This document shows, piece by piece, positions 1 to 11,499 of a stretch of DNA of 64,000 nucleotides. Location of the stretch: assembly GCF_020745735.1 (NCBI RefSeq), contig NC_083412.1:58494320-58558319 (forward strand), read 5' to 3'. This DNA comes from Hemiscyllium ocellatum (Eukaryota). Under the pieces are notes generated by a model. The model was not told the DNA's origin and ran no database searches. It worked only from the letters and a program-made list of their open reading frames with translations. The number at the start of each line of letters is the position of its first letter. The first letter of the stretch is position 1. Both the position numbers and the translations under genes were made by a program.

Positions 1-127
1 CTTCTATTAAATTCAAATTTTACCATCGTCCATGGTTGGATTAGAATCCAGGTCCCCAGAATATTGTTTGAATCTTTGAATTAACCATCCAGTGATAATA
101 TCACCAGGCCATTGCTACACCCTTGAC

Positions 128-1312
128 TGACAGTCATGGAGTCATACAGTAATACAGCATGGAAACAGGCTGCTTGGTCCAAACTGGTCCATGGTGCCCA
201 CTAAGCTAGTCCCAATTGCCCACATTTGATCTATATCCCTCTAAACCCTTCCCATCTATGTACTTGCCAAAATGTTTTTGTAAATGTTGCTATTGTACCT
301 GCCTCAACCACTTTCTCTGGTAGCCCATTCCATATATGCACAGACTCTCTGTGTGAAAACGTTGGCCTCAGGACCTTCTTAAATCTTTCCCCTCTCACCT
401 TAAACTTATGCCCTCTAGTTTTTAATTTTCACTTCTTGGGGAAGTGAGACAAGTTAAAGGTGAAGTAGTATAGAATCACAGAGTGAACAGCAAGGAAACA
501 GACTTTTTGGTCCAACAATTCCATGCTGACCATATTCCCAAACCAAACTTGTTTCATTTGCCTGCATTTGGCCCAGAACCTTTTAAACTTTTCTCATTCA
601 TGTATTTATCCAAATGCCTCTTAAACTCTGTAACTGTACCTGCATCCATCATTTCCACTTGCACTTCATTCCACATACAAACCACTCTCTGTGTAAAAAC
701 ATTGCCCCCATGTCCTTTTTAAATCCTTCTCCTCTTACTTTAAAAATGTGCAACCTAGTTTTGAACTCCTCTACCTTATGGAAAAGACCCTGTCAGTCAC
801 CTTTAGAATTCTCTGTAAGGTTACCCCTCAGCCTCCTATACTCCAGTGAGAAGTCCTCATCTATTTTTATAACGCAAATCCTCCATTCCCAACAACATTC
901 TGGTAGATCTTTTCTGAACTTTCTCCAATTTAAGAATATCCTTCCTGTAGCAGGATGGCCAGAACTCTAAAAGTACTCCAGAAGTGGCCTCACCACATCC
1001 TGTACAACCTCAACATGATATCCCACTCCTATACTCAAATGCCTGAGCAATGAAGGCAAGTGTGTTAAACACCTTCATAGCCACCTTATCTACATGTGAT
1101 GCAAATTTTAAAAAATTATATATCTTGACCCCTAGTTCTCTCTAATCTATCCTGGGCCCTACCATTCATTGTAGAAGTCCTCTCCTTGTTTGTTTTACCA
1201 AAACGCACAAAACATTTATCCAAAGTAAACTCTAATAGGCATTCCTCAGCCCATTGACCCAATTGATCAAGATTGCTCCATCATCTTAGGTAATCTTTTT
1301 CACTTTCCACTA
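128..1312 (-). mobile_element. Two decayed 3' fragments of CR1-clade (HER1-like) LINEs
   Basis: Same 3'-end and RT C-terminal motifs (reverse complement) as the CR1 copies at 14190-17218 and 47670-51648; no intact ORF; boundaries approximate. Confidence 0.7.
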
Positions 1313-4311
1313 TATCAACAATGTTCAAAGGGAGAAATACCTTGGTTGGGTGGTGGCTTATGGGGTCAATTTAGGCTTTTTTTCAAGGAAGGAACCTTCT
1401 GACTATCCTAATGGGCAGATAAATGTGCCAAGGTAATACCTACCTGGAGGTGGCTGTATTAATATGGCACAGACTAACCTTCTGAATATCTTTCCGATAT
1501 CACACACCATTCCCCTGCTCTGAATGTATCTTGGAGCTATTATCTGGACTTGTAATTTTTGAGTTTTGAGTTTACCCACGTAAAAAATTTCTGAAGAAAA
1601 TTATTTGTATTGAATTATTTACTGAAACAGAATTATTTAAAAACACTATTTATCAGCCATTAAATGAGCAGCTTTCACATTATCATTCTGATACAAAAGC
1701 CTCTTACATCTCCAGTTCTTCATTTATATTCCATGTTACCTTGAAAGTCTGGATAGAATGGTTCTTCTCCATTGTGATAAATTGCTAACTTTTGAGAAAA
1801 TATCATTACTGTAGGAAATTGCCCGTTTAAGCTCTTGATTCTTTATATTTACATTCAGGCGGTTCCAAATTGGACCAGGAACTGCATTTTACTGCATCCA
1901 CATTGCTTATAGAAGCTAAAATGATTCAGATGGTAAATGCAGCTCAAAGAATATAGAGCTGGATAGACATAGATGAAATACTTTCAAAAGACCGACAGCA
2001 GAAGGTAACAATCAAAATGGGCAAAAATGAATAGTTGAACACCTGAAATAAAAACACAAAAGAATTTAAAGACATAGCACCCGACGAGACACCAGCTGTG
2101 AATCAAGATTCCTGCTGTGTGGGTTCATGTGCGTACAGTACAGGAGTCAAATCAATAGAAAAACTGTGTCAGCAATAATATAATATATCATGTGAGTATG
2201 ATGGTGGAGATTCTCTGAAATGAGAAGTGAAAGTCTGGATTTCTTGCTGAATCTAAGTATATTGTTATTAGAATGTGAACAGTTCCAATAAAAATGACTC
2301 AGATTCCAGAGACCTCTTTACTAAAGCAGTGCACCTAACTCCTCATGACTACTCACACAGCAACAACCAATCTTCTTATTGCACATTTGTTCCTCCCACT
2401 CATGGTTTTTATTTCATTTTATACGATAGGAACAAAAAGCGGATGTTAAGATCTGATCGTTATTTCTCCAAGGCTTTCTGCCTCATTAGGCAGTGACCTT
2501 TGCTGATGGTATTCCATCCAACAACTTATTAAGTCATAGGATGTTGATAACTACTTTTGACATGAAGACATCACAGATGAATCCAAAATTGTTCTTCCAA
2601 CATATGCACTTTTGAACAAAGATTTTTTTTAAAAATCTACCTATACATTCTGGAGCCGCAATTCTGCTAAATTATTGATATGGCATGCGACTTTATTTCC
2701 ATCACATATCCTTCTCAAGCACTGAATGTTTGTCTGGAAAGCCCTGAAAATAGGTTATTTAATACTGTGCATTTTCATTGCTAAATACAAGAGTTAAAAG
2801 GTACATGGGACTTGCTAACAAGGCATATTACATCCCTGTTGGACTAGGACATCACCAAAAGTAAAATTAACTTTATTTTATAATATAAACATCTGATGAT
2901 AATCATTTTCACTCCAATTTCATCTCTTAGTTTACTTAAGGGATATCTGTGGCATGTCCGACAGTAATGAGTACCAGATTTTCACAAAGGACCTTTCCCA
3001 AGGAATCTAATTAACAGAAATATTCATTTTTAATGGTCCACATTTTATTTCTCCTGTAGGATAAACAATGCCATTCTATTATTTGCATTTACTTTTGGCT
3101 TGGGGACAGTCTTATCATGGGCTCCTGCAATCATAGAATAAGTTATCTGACCTTCTTGTGTGTACATGTGATGAAAGTGATGTAGTTAGAGGGTTACAGA
3201 GATAGGGCTGGAGAATGGGATTAGGTGGGTGGCTTTTTCTGGAGGTGGTACAGACACAATGGATCAAACAGCCTCCTTCTGTACTTTAAAATTCTATGAT
3301 TCTATGTCTGTCAGCTAGGGGATAATCTTGAAAACATTCAACCAGACCATTCAGCAAGAATAGATTCAGTTAGATTGCTTTATCTTTGAGAAAAATGCTA
3401 GGACTTGGACTGCAAAGGAGAACGCTGTTTCTGAATAAACTGTTCTTACATAGTTAAAAGTCAGAGATATGATTGCATTTACATATATTGGAAATATATA
3501 TCCTGTTTTAAAACAACAAAACAGCACTGGCTCTCTTTTTGTCAGTAATAAACACTGCTTTATACTTGCCTCAGCCTCCTATTGTTGTAGAGCGATAGTG
3601 ACAGAATGAAATTATAACAGTTCATAAGTAAACTATGAACTTGGCAATAAAAACTGAGTAGACTTCAATTCATGTCTCTGGTTTATTATTTTACTCCTTC
3701 CTGATCTGTTGACTGACCCCGAGCTGAAAATTGTGTCTCTGCCACGACAAGTTCTCTCACCTGTCCTGTTATCAATTCACCGCTTGCTGTTATTTCCTTA
3801 TCCATATCCGGTGGACCATTGACAACCTGTCCCTTTCTTGACTCTGAGACCGTTTCTCATGTTCTTGATAACTTTCCAACACGGTGACTCCCTGGGAACA
3901 TTTTGTTGATTTTCCTGCTTCATTGGAAAAATTCATGACTCAACAGGGAAAAACATTTTATGTTTAACAGTGCAATGTTTTTATGCATTGTGATGTGTAC
4001 ATCATGCTGTATTTATACTATAAGGTATGACAAAATAAAGTCTGAGAAATTAAAATTGTTGTGCAAGTATATTCCAAAATCTCTGCTAAAATGTAGATCT
4101 TTAGCATGATGTTCTGTATAATTACTTCTTAATATATCATTATACCAATGGAAAGAAGATAAACACATGGTATATTGAAGGAAGCAAAGAAAACACACAT
4201 CTTTTTATATGTCTTTTTCGTTACTTTGTGACTTTATTAAAACCCTTAAAGTACTTTGGAAGCTCTCCTTCTTACCAGTCATTGTGATTGACTATGATTT
4301 GCTTGCACTGT

Positions 4312-4615
4312 AGATTAGATTACTTACAGTGTGGAAACAGGCCCTTCGGCCCAACAAGTCCACACCGACCCGCCGAAGCGAAACCCACCCATACATTTGC
4401 CTCTTACCTAACACTATGGGCAATTTAGCATGGCCAATTCACCTGACTTGCACATCTTTGGACTGTGGGAGGAAACCGGAGCACCTGGAGGAAACCTATG
4501 CAGACACGGGGAGAATGTGCAAACTCCACACAGTCAGTCGCCTGAGTCAGGAATTGAATCCGGGTCTCTGGTGCTGTGAAGCAGCAGTGCTAACCACTGT
4601 GCCGCCGTGCCGCCC
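4312..4615 (-). mobile_element. HE1-type tRNA-derived SINE
   Basis: Minus strand begins GGGCGGCACGGCGGCACAGTGGTTAGCACTGCTGC (A box) followed by a GATTCAATTCC B box, and ends ...GGGCCTGTTTCCACACTGTAAGTAATCTAATCTA. Three further copies occur in the window. Confidence 0.88.
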
Positions 4616-5222
4616 TAAAGTTCAATGTAGTCTGAGATGACTGATTAATCCAGTGTATAATCTGTACATTCTGATGCTTGAAGATTCAATAGGTGGGCTG
4701 TTTGGAATATAGTCACTGGTAAAATTACACTGCAGGAACCACAAACACAATGGGATAATGAACACTTAACCAATTCAGTGATATTGGGCGTTGGATAAAG
4801 TTTGAGCTGAATACTGAGCAAGAATTCGTCTTTGATCTGCGTCGTGGGAGCTCTTATGACCAGCCAAGAGGGGCAGAAGAGGCTTCTGTTAGTCTCACCT
4901 AACACAGCAGTATTTCTTCAGTGCTGCACTTCAATGTCAGTCTAGACTCAGGGGTGAGAAGACTAGCGATTATTGTCACGAATCTCCCTAAAACCTCTAT
5001 AAAAGTCAAATGAGACTTTGGTCTGTATTCCACTGCTGCAGAGAAGAGCTTTAAAGATCTCCTGAGAGAATTACTAGTGTAGTTCACCAGGACTTGAAAT
5101 AAATTACCTGATGCCACCGTGAACATGACATCACCCAAGCATCTCAGGTTTCAGTCTTCAGTCTCCAGTTGGTACTAAATTGCTGAGTCTTAGCGAGACA
5201 TTTTTGGATCTGCTGAGTTGGA

Positions 5223-5226
5223 GTTC
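5223..5226. repeat. 4-bp target-site duplication GTTC (second copy 12918-12921)
   Basis: gagttc|TGTTGGG at the left end and CCCAACA|gttc at the right end. Confidence 0.92.
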
Positions 5227-6034
5227 TGTTGGGACAGACCCTCGGGGGTCCCTTCGCCACGTGTCCTTGGAAGGAGAGACCACACCGGCTTCTTTCGTTT
5301 GGAGCGGAACCCCGTTTATTTACAGAATCAAAACTGGCAAACTATACAACGAATTCTACAGCATGCAATTCGTTGGAGAAGGCGTTCTGCTTTCCCCTTC
5401 GGACTTGGCTCAATTATACTTTGCGCTGCCAGGAGTTCCCGGTCAGTTCTCCCTCGTTCGTCCCCCTCATTGGTCAGTACACCTGAGAGCGAGGGGGTCT
5501 GTGCCTCTATTGGCCGCATCGAGGTGCCTGTCCAGCTCCCGCTGTGCCGGACAATGGTACAGCTATCCTGGGGTCGGCAGTTCCGACCTTGCAATCAATA
5601 GTCCATTGTACAGAGTATCGATCTCATTACTATGTGTCTGACAGGCTAGGCGCTTTCCGTAACAGAGTCAATGGTTTTCCGCAAGCGAATTAACAAGCAT
5701 TATTATTCATCATGGGTTTCGATGGGAATCCGTTTTAGCAGGTACATTAACAGATGCTTTAACAATCATGTACTCCGATAGCGCAATTCACACCGTTCGA
5801 CAGTTACCGGTTCCTTTATTAGTCATGAGTTCTCAATGGGACAGTCTGATACTGGCTGACATGATCTAATCAGCGAGGAATGTTGCTTCAGACAGGTAGC
5901 CCTGCAGTTGCTAGGTTCTCCCCCATGGCTGTGATTAACTGTTTGGGGACTGGAACTGGTAATGTCTGCTGTAGCAATAGTGCTACCCTCCCTAGCCCCA
6001 CTCTAGGCCCTCTGATGATGTATTCTCCCCAACA
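5227..6034 (-). repeat. 3' LTR (808 bp)
   Basis: Direct repeat of 12110-12917 with 5 substitutions and no indels; preceded on the minus strand by a polypurine tract. Confidence 0.97.
5315..5320 (-). terminator. Polyadenylation signal AATAAA in the R region of the 3' LTR
   Basis: tttatt on the + strand, ~95 nt downstream (minus sense) of the LTR TATA-like box. Confidence 0.75.
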
Positions 6035-6055
6035 TTCCCTCCCTTGGCCTCTTTT
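6035..6055 (-). promoter_or_regulatory. Polypurine tract (plus-strand primer)
   Basis: Minus strand AAAAGAGGCCAAGGGAGGGAA directly abuts the TGTTGGGG start of the 3' LTR. Confidence 0.9.
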
Positions 6056-6405
6056 AAAGGCCACACACCCCCCATCGTGATGCCCGCGTAACAAGGTATA
6101 TACAGAGAATTAAACAAAAACATGCAAATCTAAAGTAAGGTCCCGCTCCGGGAGGGCTCCTCTGCAAAGTTAACAAAAGGACAAATTAATCAATTATGGT
6201 AAAACGACAGACAGAGGTCGGGGAAGTGGTGAAGGTATGAAGGTATCACAGATTAGTATAGTAACGGGCGGAAGAGTTCTAGAGGGGAGAAAGAAGAGCA
6301 ATAAATCGGCTGGGGGCTTAGGTCTGCAGTCCACGGAACACCCAAGTGTAAATTTGTGAGGGATATGAAATGGGACACTAGCAGCGGTCTTGTTCTCGGC
6401 AGTAA

Positions 6406-6855
6406 TCAAAACGCAGCGAACAGGTGTACTGTGGCCTGGGTCTGGTGCAGAGAAGAATGTCTCATAGAACCATCATGAGTCGCAGACATTGGTGCGAGCG
6501 TTGAGTACGACTCGAACGTAGGGCCCCATGGTGTGACTGTGCCTGCTTTAGGTAGCCTCTCATCCGAGGAGGCCCACCCGTCCTTGGCTAACCAGTCATT
6601 AACCCTTACAACGCAGGGTGGTGGCCAGTGGTTGTTCATTGTGGTCGGTATGCGAATCCGTTGATAAATGCCGTGCGCTATGATGGTTAGGCGAGTCGCT
6701 GGGGCACACAGTGTTCCCTGATGCGGGCATGTAGCAGACAGTGCTAGTGTGCATGTTGCCAATGATGGAAGGGGTCCCTGGACAGCAGACCGACCCACCC
6801 CAGGGTGCGGGGTTGAAGGGTTAGTATGGGGTAGGAGGAGTAGGAGTAAACACAT
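6406..6855 (-). other. 149-codon ORF of unknown nature in the proviral 3' region
   Basis: Begins MCLLLLLLPHTNPS (signal-peptide-like) at the position where env/accessory genes normally lie; no furin site, fusion peptide, CX6CC or TM anchor recognised. Confidence 0.25.
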
Positions 6856-7104
6856 ACAGATAGAACCCTGCTATCTGTCCGGAACAGAGGAGCATGAAAG
6901 GTAGTCGCCAATGTGTGTACATTAGTCAAGGCAAGAGCACTGTTTTAGAATTAGTACAACAATAGTCCCCCTTGCCGTTAGAGAGAGCGTTTGACCGGCA
7001 GTGGTGAGCAGGATGCAAAAATCGTTGAAACCGCCAAGGTTAAGCCGACTCGAGGAGTGTACACAGAAGCAACCGCGAGTGCGTGAAGTAACTCCCCCCT
7101 TGAT

Positions 7105-7310
7105 CTTCCTGAGAACCCCCACCTCTAGCAGCCCCTTGATTGTTGGGCGAATCCCTTCTCTCTGTTCAGCGGTGAGGGGGTATTGTGTTATCCAAATGCA
7201 GTGTTGCACAGATGGCTTTAGTTGTAGATGAACTGCCCCTTTCAACCGACCAGTGTCCTGTGGGTGTACTGTCCAGAGGGCGGGGTCCGTATCCTGCAGC
7301 AGTTGTGCCG
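7105..7310 (-). pseudogene. pol: Reverse transcriptase N-terminal remnant, truncated
   Basis: TDPALWTVHPQDTGRL...WITQYPLTAEQREGIRPTIKGLLEVGVLRK matches the class I RT start (W...G...KQYP...GI.P.I..LL..G.L). Similarity stops before the P.NTP motif, and no YxDD, RNase H or integrase follows. Confidence 0.88.
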
Positions 7311-7419
7311 CTTTCCAGTGGTCGGTATTGTCTAACAGGAGGGACCTGTCTACAGCTATCTTTTCATAAATGCCTTCCTCTGACATGTTAACAGGTCGCC
7401 TCTGAAACCGTCCGTCAAG

Positions 7420-7880
7420 GGACACTTCATCGGGGCCTTCCCCTATCTTTTGGTACTCATATTGTAGTGAGGCAAGGACCATAGGTCCCAGGTTGCGGGC
7501 CTCGGACGTGGGTGCTACTGCGAGTGTGATATGTGGGGCGGCCCGCTCTCCTAGCTGATACCATTCCGCCTGGTCCGGATGCAAACGGACCGCAGCGGCA
7601 ATCCCCTCATTGCCGGCAATGAGATATGTGTCGTTAACCATGTCCCTTCTATCCTTCAGGTGGGCATTGAAACGATCGTCATACTCAAGGTCATAATGGG
7701 TGACATAATTTAACGTGACGTGGTAGGGGTCTTTGGGGGGGGTGGTAAGTCTGGGAGGCTGGGATGGACGGGAGCCAGTCCTCAAATTCTGCAATTATGC
7801 CTTTGCCCTGCGAAGCGTACAGCAGGCGAATCCAATATATGTCTACAGATGTGGAACGTGAGTCCTCTGATGTGGGGGTG
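7420..7880 (-). pseudogene. 2H phosphoesterase domain between protease and RT
   Basis: Paired HxT motifs PYHVTL (His codon 7720-7722) and PHITLAV (7531-7533), 63 residues apart, with EGIAAAVRL and QAEWY in between; one +1 frameshift near 7735. Confidence 0.8.
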
Positions 7881-7889
7881 AGCAAAAAT

Positions 7890-8297
7890 TGTCCCCCTCC
7901 CCCCCAGATCCGGGGAGTGGTCCCCAGGCCAGAGGAGTCGCAACCCCCCAGTTGAACAGTGGATGTAGACCCCTAGCTTAGTGAGAGCATCTCGCGCCAG
8001 TAGGTTCACTGGGCATTTTGGGGCTAGGAGCAGGGGCAGGGTGATCTTTTGTCCCCCTATGGTTATTGTGGCTGGCACCGTATAAGGCTGTTGCTCAATC
8101 GTCCTCGAGAATCCCACAGTCTCCTGCACCATGCCTGACAGGGTCAGGCCCTTCGGCAATTTATTAATCGTGGATGCAGATGCCCCTGTGTCAACTAGAA
8201 ATTGGAAGGTCTCCCCACACACCAATACTCGAATCATAGGGGGCATATTGGGAGGTGTTGGTTCGGAGGCCAGGGGACTGCAAGATTCTCGTGGGCA
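7890..8297 (-). pseudogene. pro: Retroviral aspartic protease
   Basis: FQFLVDTGASAS active site and PVNLLARDAL (GRD-like) motif; in frame with gag across the TGA at 8301-8303. Confidence 0.93.
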
Positions 8298-8300
8298 CCG

Positions 8301-11230
8301 TCAGTATTCTTCCTCGTACCACTGGGAGTAGCCGTACCCCCCGTCGTGCCTTGCCATTACGCCCTGTGCTACCCCTTGCATCCTCCTGTCTCTGGTCTGA
8401 ACCCAGCCCCCCCTTCTACCTGTGTCCCTGAGTCCGTCATCATGGTCACGTCTGTCTCTTTCTCCAGAAGGACGTGCCGGGTATCGGGTCATACTGTGGT
8501 TCCCCCCGAGCGTACGACACTCTCGGGCAAAATGTCCAGGTTTGTTACAGGACCAGCACCTCACCCTATGATCGCAGTCATTGGAGTGATGGTCAGTTTC
8601 TTTACATATCCAGCAACGATCAGGCTGCTGGCCCCCCCGGGATCGCCTAGGTGCGCCTGCAGTTAGCTGTGCTTGCCTATCGTGGGGTAACATCTCGTGG
8701 GCCCCTAAATCTGCCTTGTCAGGGGTGGGATGTGGCAGGGCCCCTTTGTGAACTAGGTCGCTGAGAGCTGTACATCTGGGTGGCGGGCGAGACGAGGTCT
8801 CGCGCCGCGGTCTTTGCCCCCACCTGCTCTAAAATCTTCCCAAATTGTTCTATGAGCTGCACCGTCGTCTTGGAGGCTTGCCCCTCGGCTTTCATTTTTT
8901 CAGACGTACGGTGTCTTGTCAGGAAATGATGTACTTGTTTTCTCCATAAGTCATCTTTCATTGAGTCCACCCCTACCAGGTCCCGCAATTTGCTTTGCAC
9001 TGGGGCAGGGAGTCCCTCGGTGACACCCTTCTGAAAGTGCGCTGTGGCCAATGGAGAGCTATCTGGCCTTTCACCTGTCCCAGTCTCCCACAGGTCCCAG
9101 GCCCTTGTTAGGTATTCATGCACGTCCTCATCGTCCTTTAGCCTGAGGGTCCCGAGCGCATCGAGGGAAAAATTGGTGGGGAAGCTGTCCCGCAGGGACC
9201 GCCATATTATGTTTCGGAAAAGGTCAAAAGAGGCAGTCTCGTCTGACCTAGAGCACCTGGCTAATCTCTCTGCCCTTATCAGTGCCTCCTCAGCTCGGAT
9301 GTGCACCATGATGGTTCTGAAATCGGCTAGAGCCAGTTTCTCATGACAGGTTTCCCTTTCGAAAGTGGCTATCCAAGCAGACGCTCCGTAAGTAATCGGG
9401 GGAAGCCTCCTGACCAAGGCGTCTAGGTCTGTTCGTGACCAAGGGACGCACTTCTCTACCCCCACACTAGTGGCGAGGAGGGGCGCCTGGAGGAGTGGGG
9501 CAGTGCCAGCGGTTGTTGGCAATGGGCTACAGTGAGCGCGTGGGAGTGAGGTGTAGGACCCTTCATCGAAATCCCCCAGGATCTCACCCTCGTCGTCCGA
9601 GGAGGTAGTGTCGGGTGGGGAGGCGAGCTTACTTCCCCCCTTCACAAGTTTGCCCTGGAGGTGGGCTCCTGTGACAATTAAAGTGTCGTCCTCAGCAGTG
9701 AGGGGGGGGACACCCCCGTCGGGGTTTGTGAACTCTATGGGGCAGCAGTTCGGCCCTGATGGAGTGATTTTTCATGATGGTCAGTTCGTCATGTCTTCCT
9801 AAAGAAGGAAATTGGGACACCGGGGGGCCGCCGTGACCTGGGGCAGGAGTGTACCCGTCCCCCTGGACTTTCACTGGCCGGACTTCCCATTTTTGTGGCA
9901 AGGTATCTGGCTGGCCAAGGTCACACAGGTCGGTGCCTGGCTGTACTATCCCTGTCCCGGCTGCAACCATTCTGGTGAGGGCGTTTAATTTCTGTCCATG
10001 GTTGTTGAGTACGCTCTCTAACCGTTCCGTCATGCGGTCGGCGACCGGGTCCTCGTATGTGAAATTCCCTTCTAATACCTTGACGACAGGGGCTTGTAGA
10101 GTCGGCCCCCCGTGACGTGGTGAAAATGGAGCCGCTGGTGCGGTGCTCACTGCAGGCAGGGTCATAGGGGGTACTTCGGGACCAGGTGTCCCTGACAGTG
10201 GACTGGTGTAGGGGGGCGGCGGGCTTCCCTTGTGGCTATCGTTTTGGACCGGCTCCGGAATAGGGGGTGTATAGAGGGAAGGGGGGTGGAGGGGAGTCTG
10301 GCTGAGAACCCATTCGGGTTCGTATTCTGGGAGGGGATCCTGTTCACCTGTAACTGGTATGTCAGCAGGCGGGGTTGGCAAATGGGTTTGGAACCTTACC
10401 AAGAGCTCCCGTAGGTAGACAGTTTCATCCTCTATTTTAGTGGACGGCTTGGACAGATTGAAAACACCTTTCTTTGCCGCGTCCTTTCTTTCTTTTAGAC
10501 AGGTCTGGATGTTGGTCCGGAATTTTTCAAAATCCCCGGCTGCAAAGTAGGGTTAGTCATCCTGAGGGAACCAGTCCTTGCTCCGCCACAGCTTGAGACT
10601 GCTGTCCAGGTTGCGGAGTTTTCTCTGAGCCTCTTTGGCAGTGTTATTCTCCCTAAACTGAGCCCTAATCTCCTCTAATACCTTCCCAGTAAGTGGTGGT
10701 GATTCTGGTGTCTTTGGGACTGGGGTGTACTCGGTGGTGGATGCGTCAGGTGGGATGGTGATAGTTGCAGTTAGATTATGCAGGTCTCGGGTGGAGGTGT
10801 CCGAGACGGCTGTGCCAGTGGGGGAGGCGAACTGGCCGCCTTGCCAAAGAGGGGTAAGGGTCACGAGCAGTTTCGTTTTCCACCCTAGGGAATTGTCGGT
10901 GCTCGGGGGCGCCCAGCCAGTAGGGGGCTTCCCTAGCGCAATTGTTTGACGGACCGGATATTGTGGTGACCCATGGAGACCGTTTAGTATTTTGACCATT
11001 AATGCGGTATTTGTGAAGGTCTCCTTCAGTCTTGTTGGTATAAGTTCCTTTTGACCTGGCGCTTGGTTAAACACCTGGTCTAGGCTTGCTTTCTGTACGG
11101 CTACACTGTCCAACAGCAATTGACCATGCAGAGTTACGTCTGTACCCACCCTGAGGTGCCACCAGGGCACTTCGGGACGTGCTGTCCTGAGGTGAGTTAG
11201 TTTTGGTGGTCCAAAATTCAAGTCCCTCAT
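8301..11230 (-). pseudogene. gag: gag (~975 codons when repaired): N-terminal extension, MA-like region, Pro-rich region with PPPY, CA, NC with two CCHC knuckles
   Basis: ORF-track pieces 10553-11230, 9692-10402, 8719-9645 and 8301-8693 join through one in-frame TAA (10553-10555) and two +1 frameshifts (~9740, ~8720-8780). Motifs: GSPPPPY; CA-like PWSRTDLDALVRRLPPITYGASAWI; CWICKETDHHSNDC and CWSCNKPGHFAREC. Confidence 0.9.
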
Positions 11231-11499
11231 GCCGGATCTCCCCTGGTGGGTGCCGCTGTAAGTACAGAGCGTCTTTCAAAGCCTGACCTTCGCGTGGCAG
11301 ATCTCTGCTCTTAACAACCGGTCTAAGGCAGACGTCTGTGCGGACAAACCCTGTCCAGAAGATGAGATCCGACCTCTGTCACCCCGGGGTTTGGTAGATG
11401 CTAGCAGCAAGTGTGTATAGCAAGATTCGTCGGTCTTAAGTGCTTTGTAACGTGGATCCAAGCAGTCAAGTACGGTCAGCGCTGCAATAGGTAATCTCA

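Noticed and set aside
5215-5226. Pre-integration site GTTGG-A-GTTC-CCAAC resembles the LTR termini
   Set aside because: The 5-bp arms are not symmetric about the TSD; consistent with chance at a single site.
5888-6094. 68-aa ORF running from the PPT into U3 (nef/sag-like position)
   Set aside because: It starts at TTG, has an in-frame stop just upstream, is not in frame with the 6162 acceptor, and has no recognisable motif.
6056-7105. Calling this region env
   Set aside because: No SU/TM hallmark was found in any frame; it is left unassigned.
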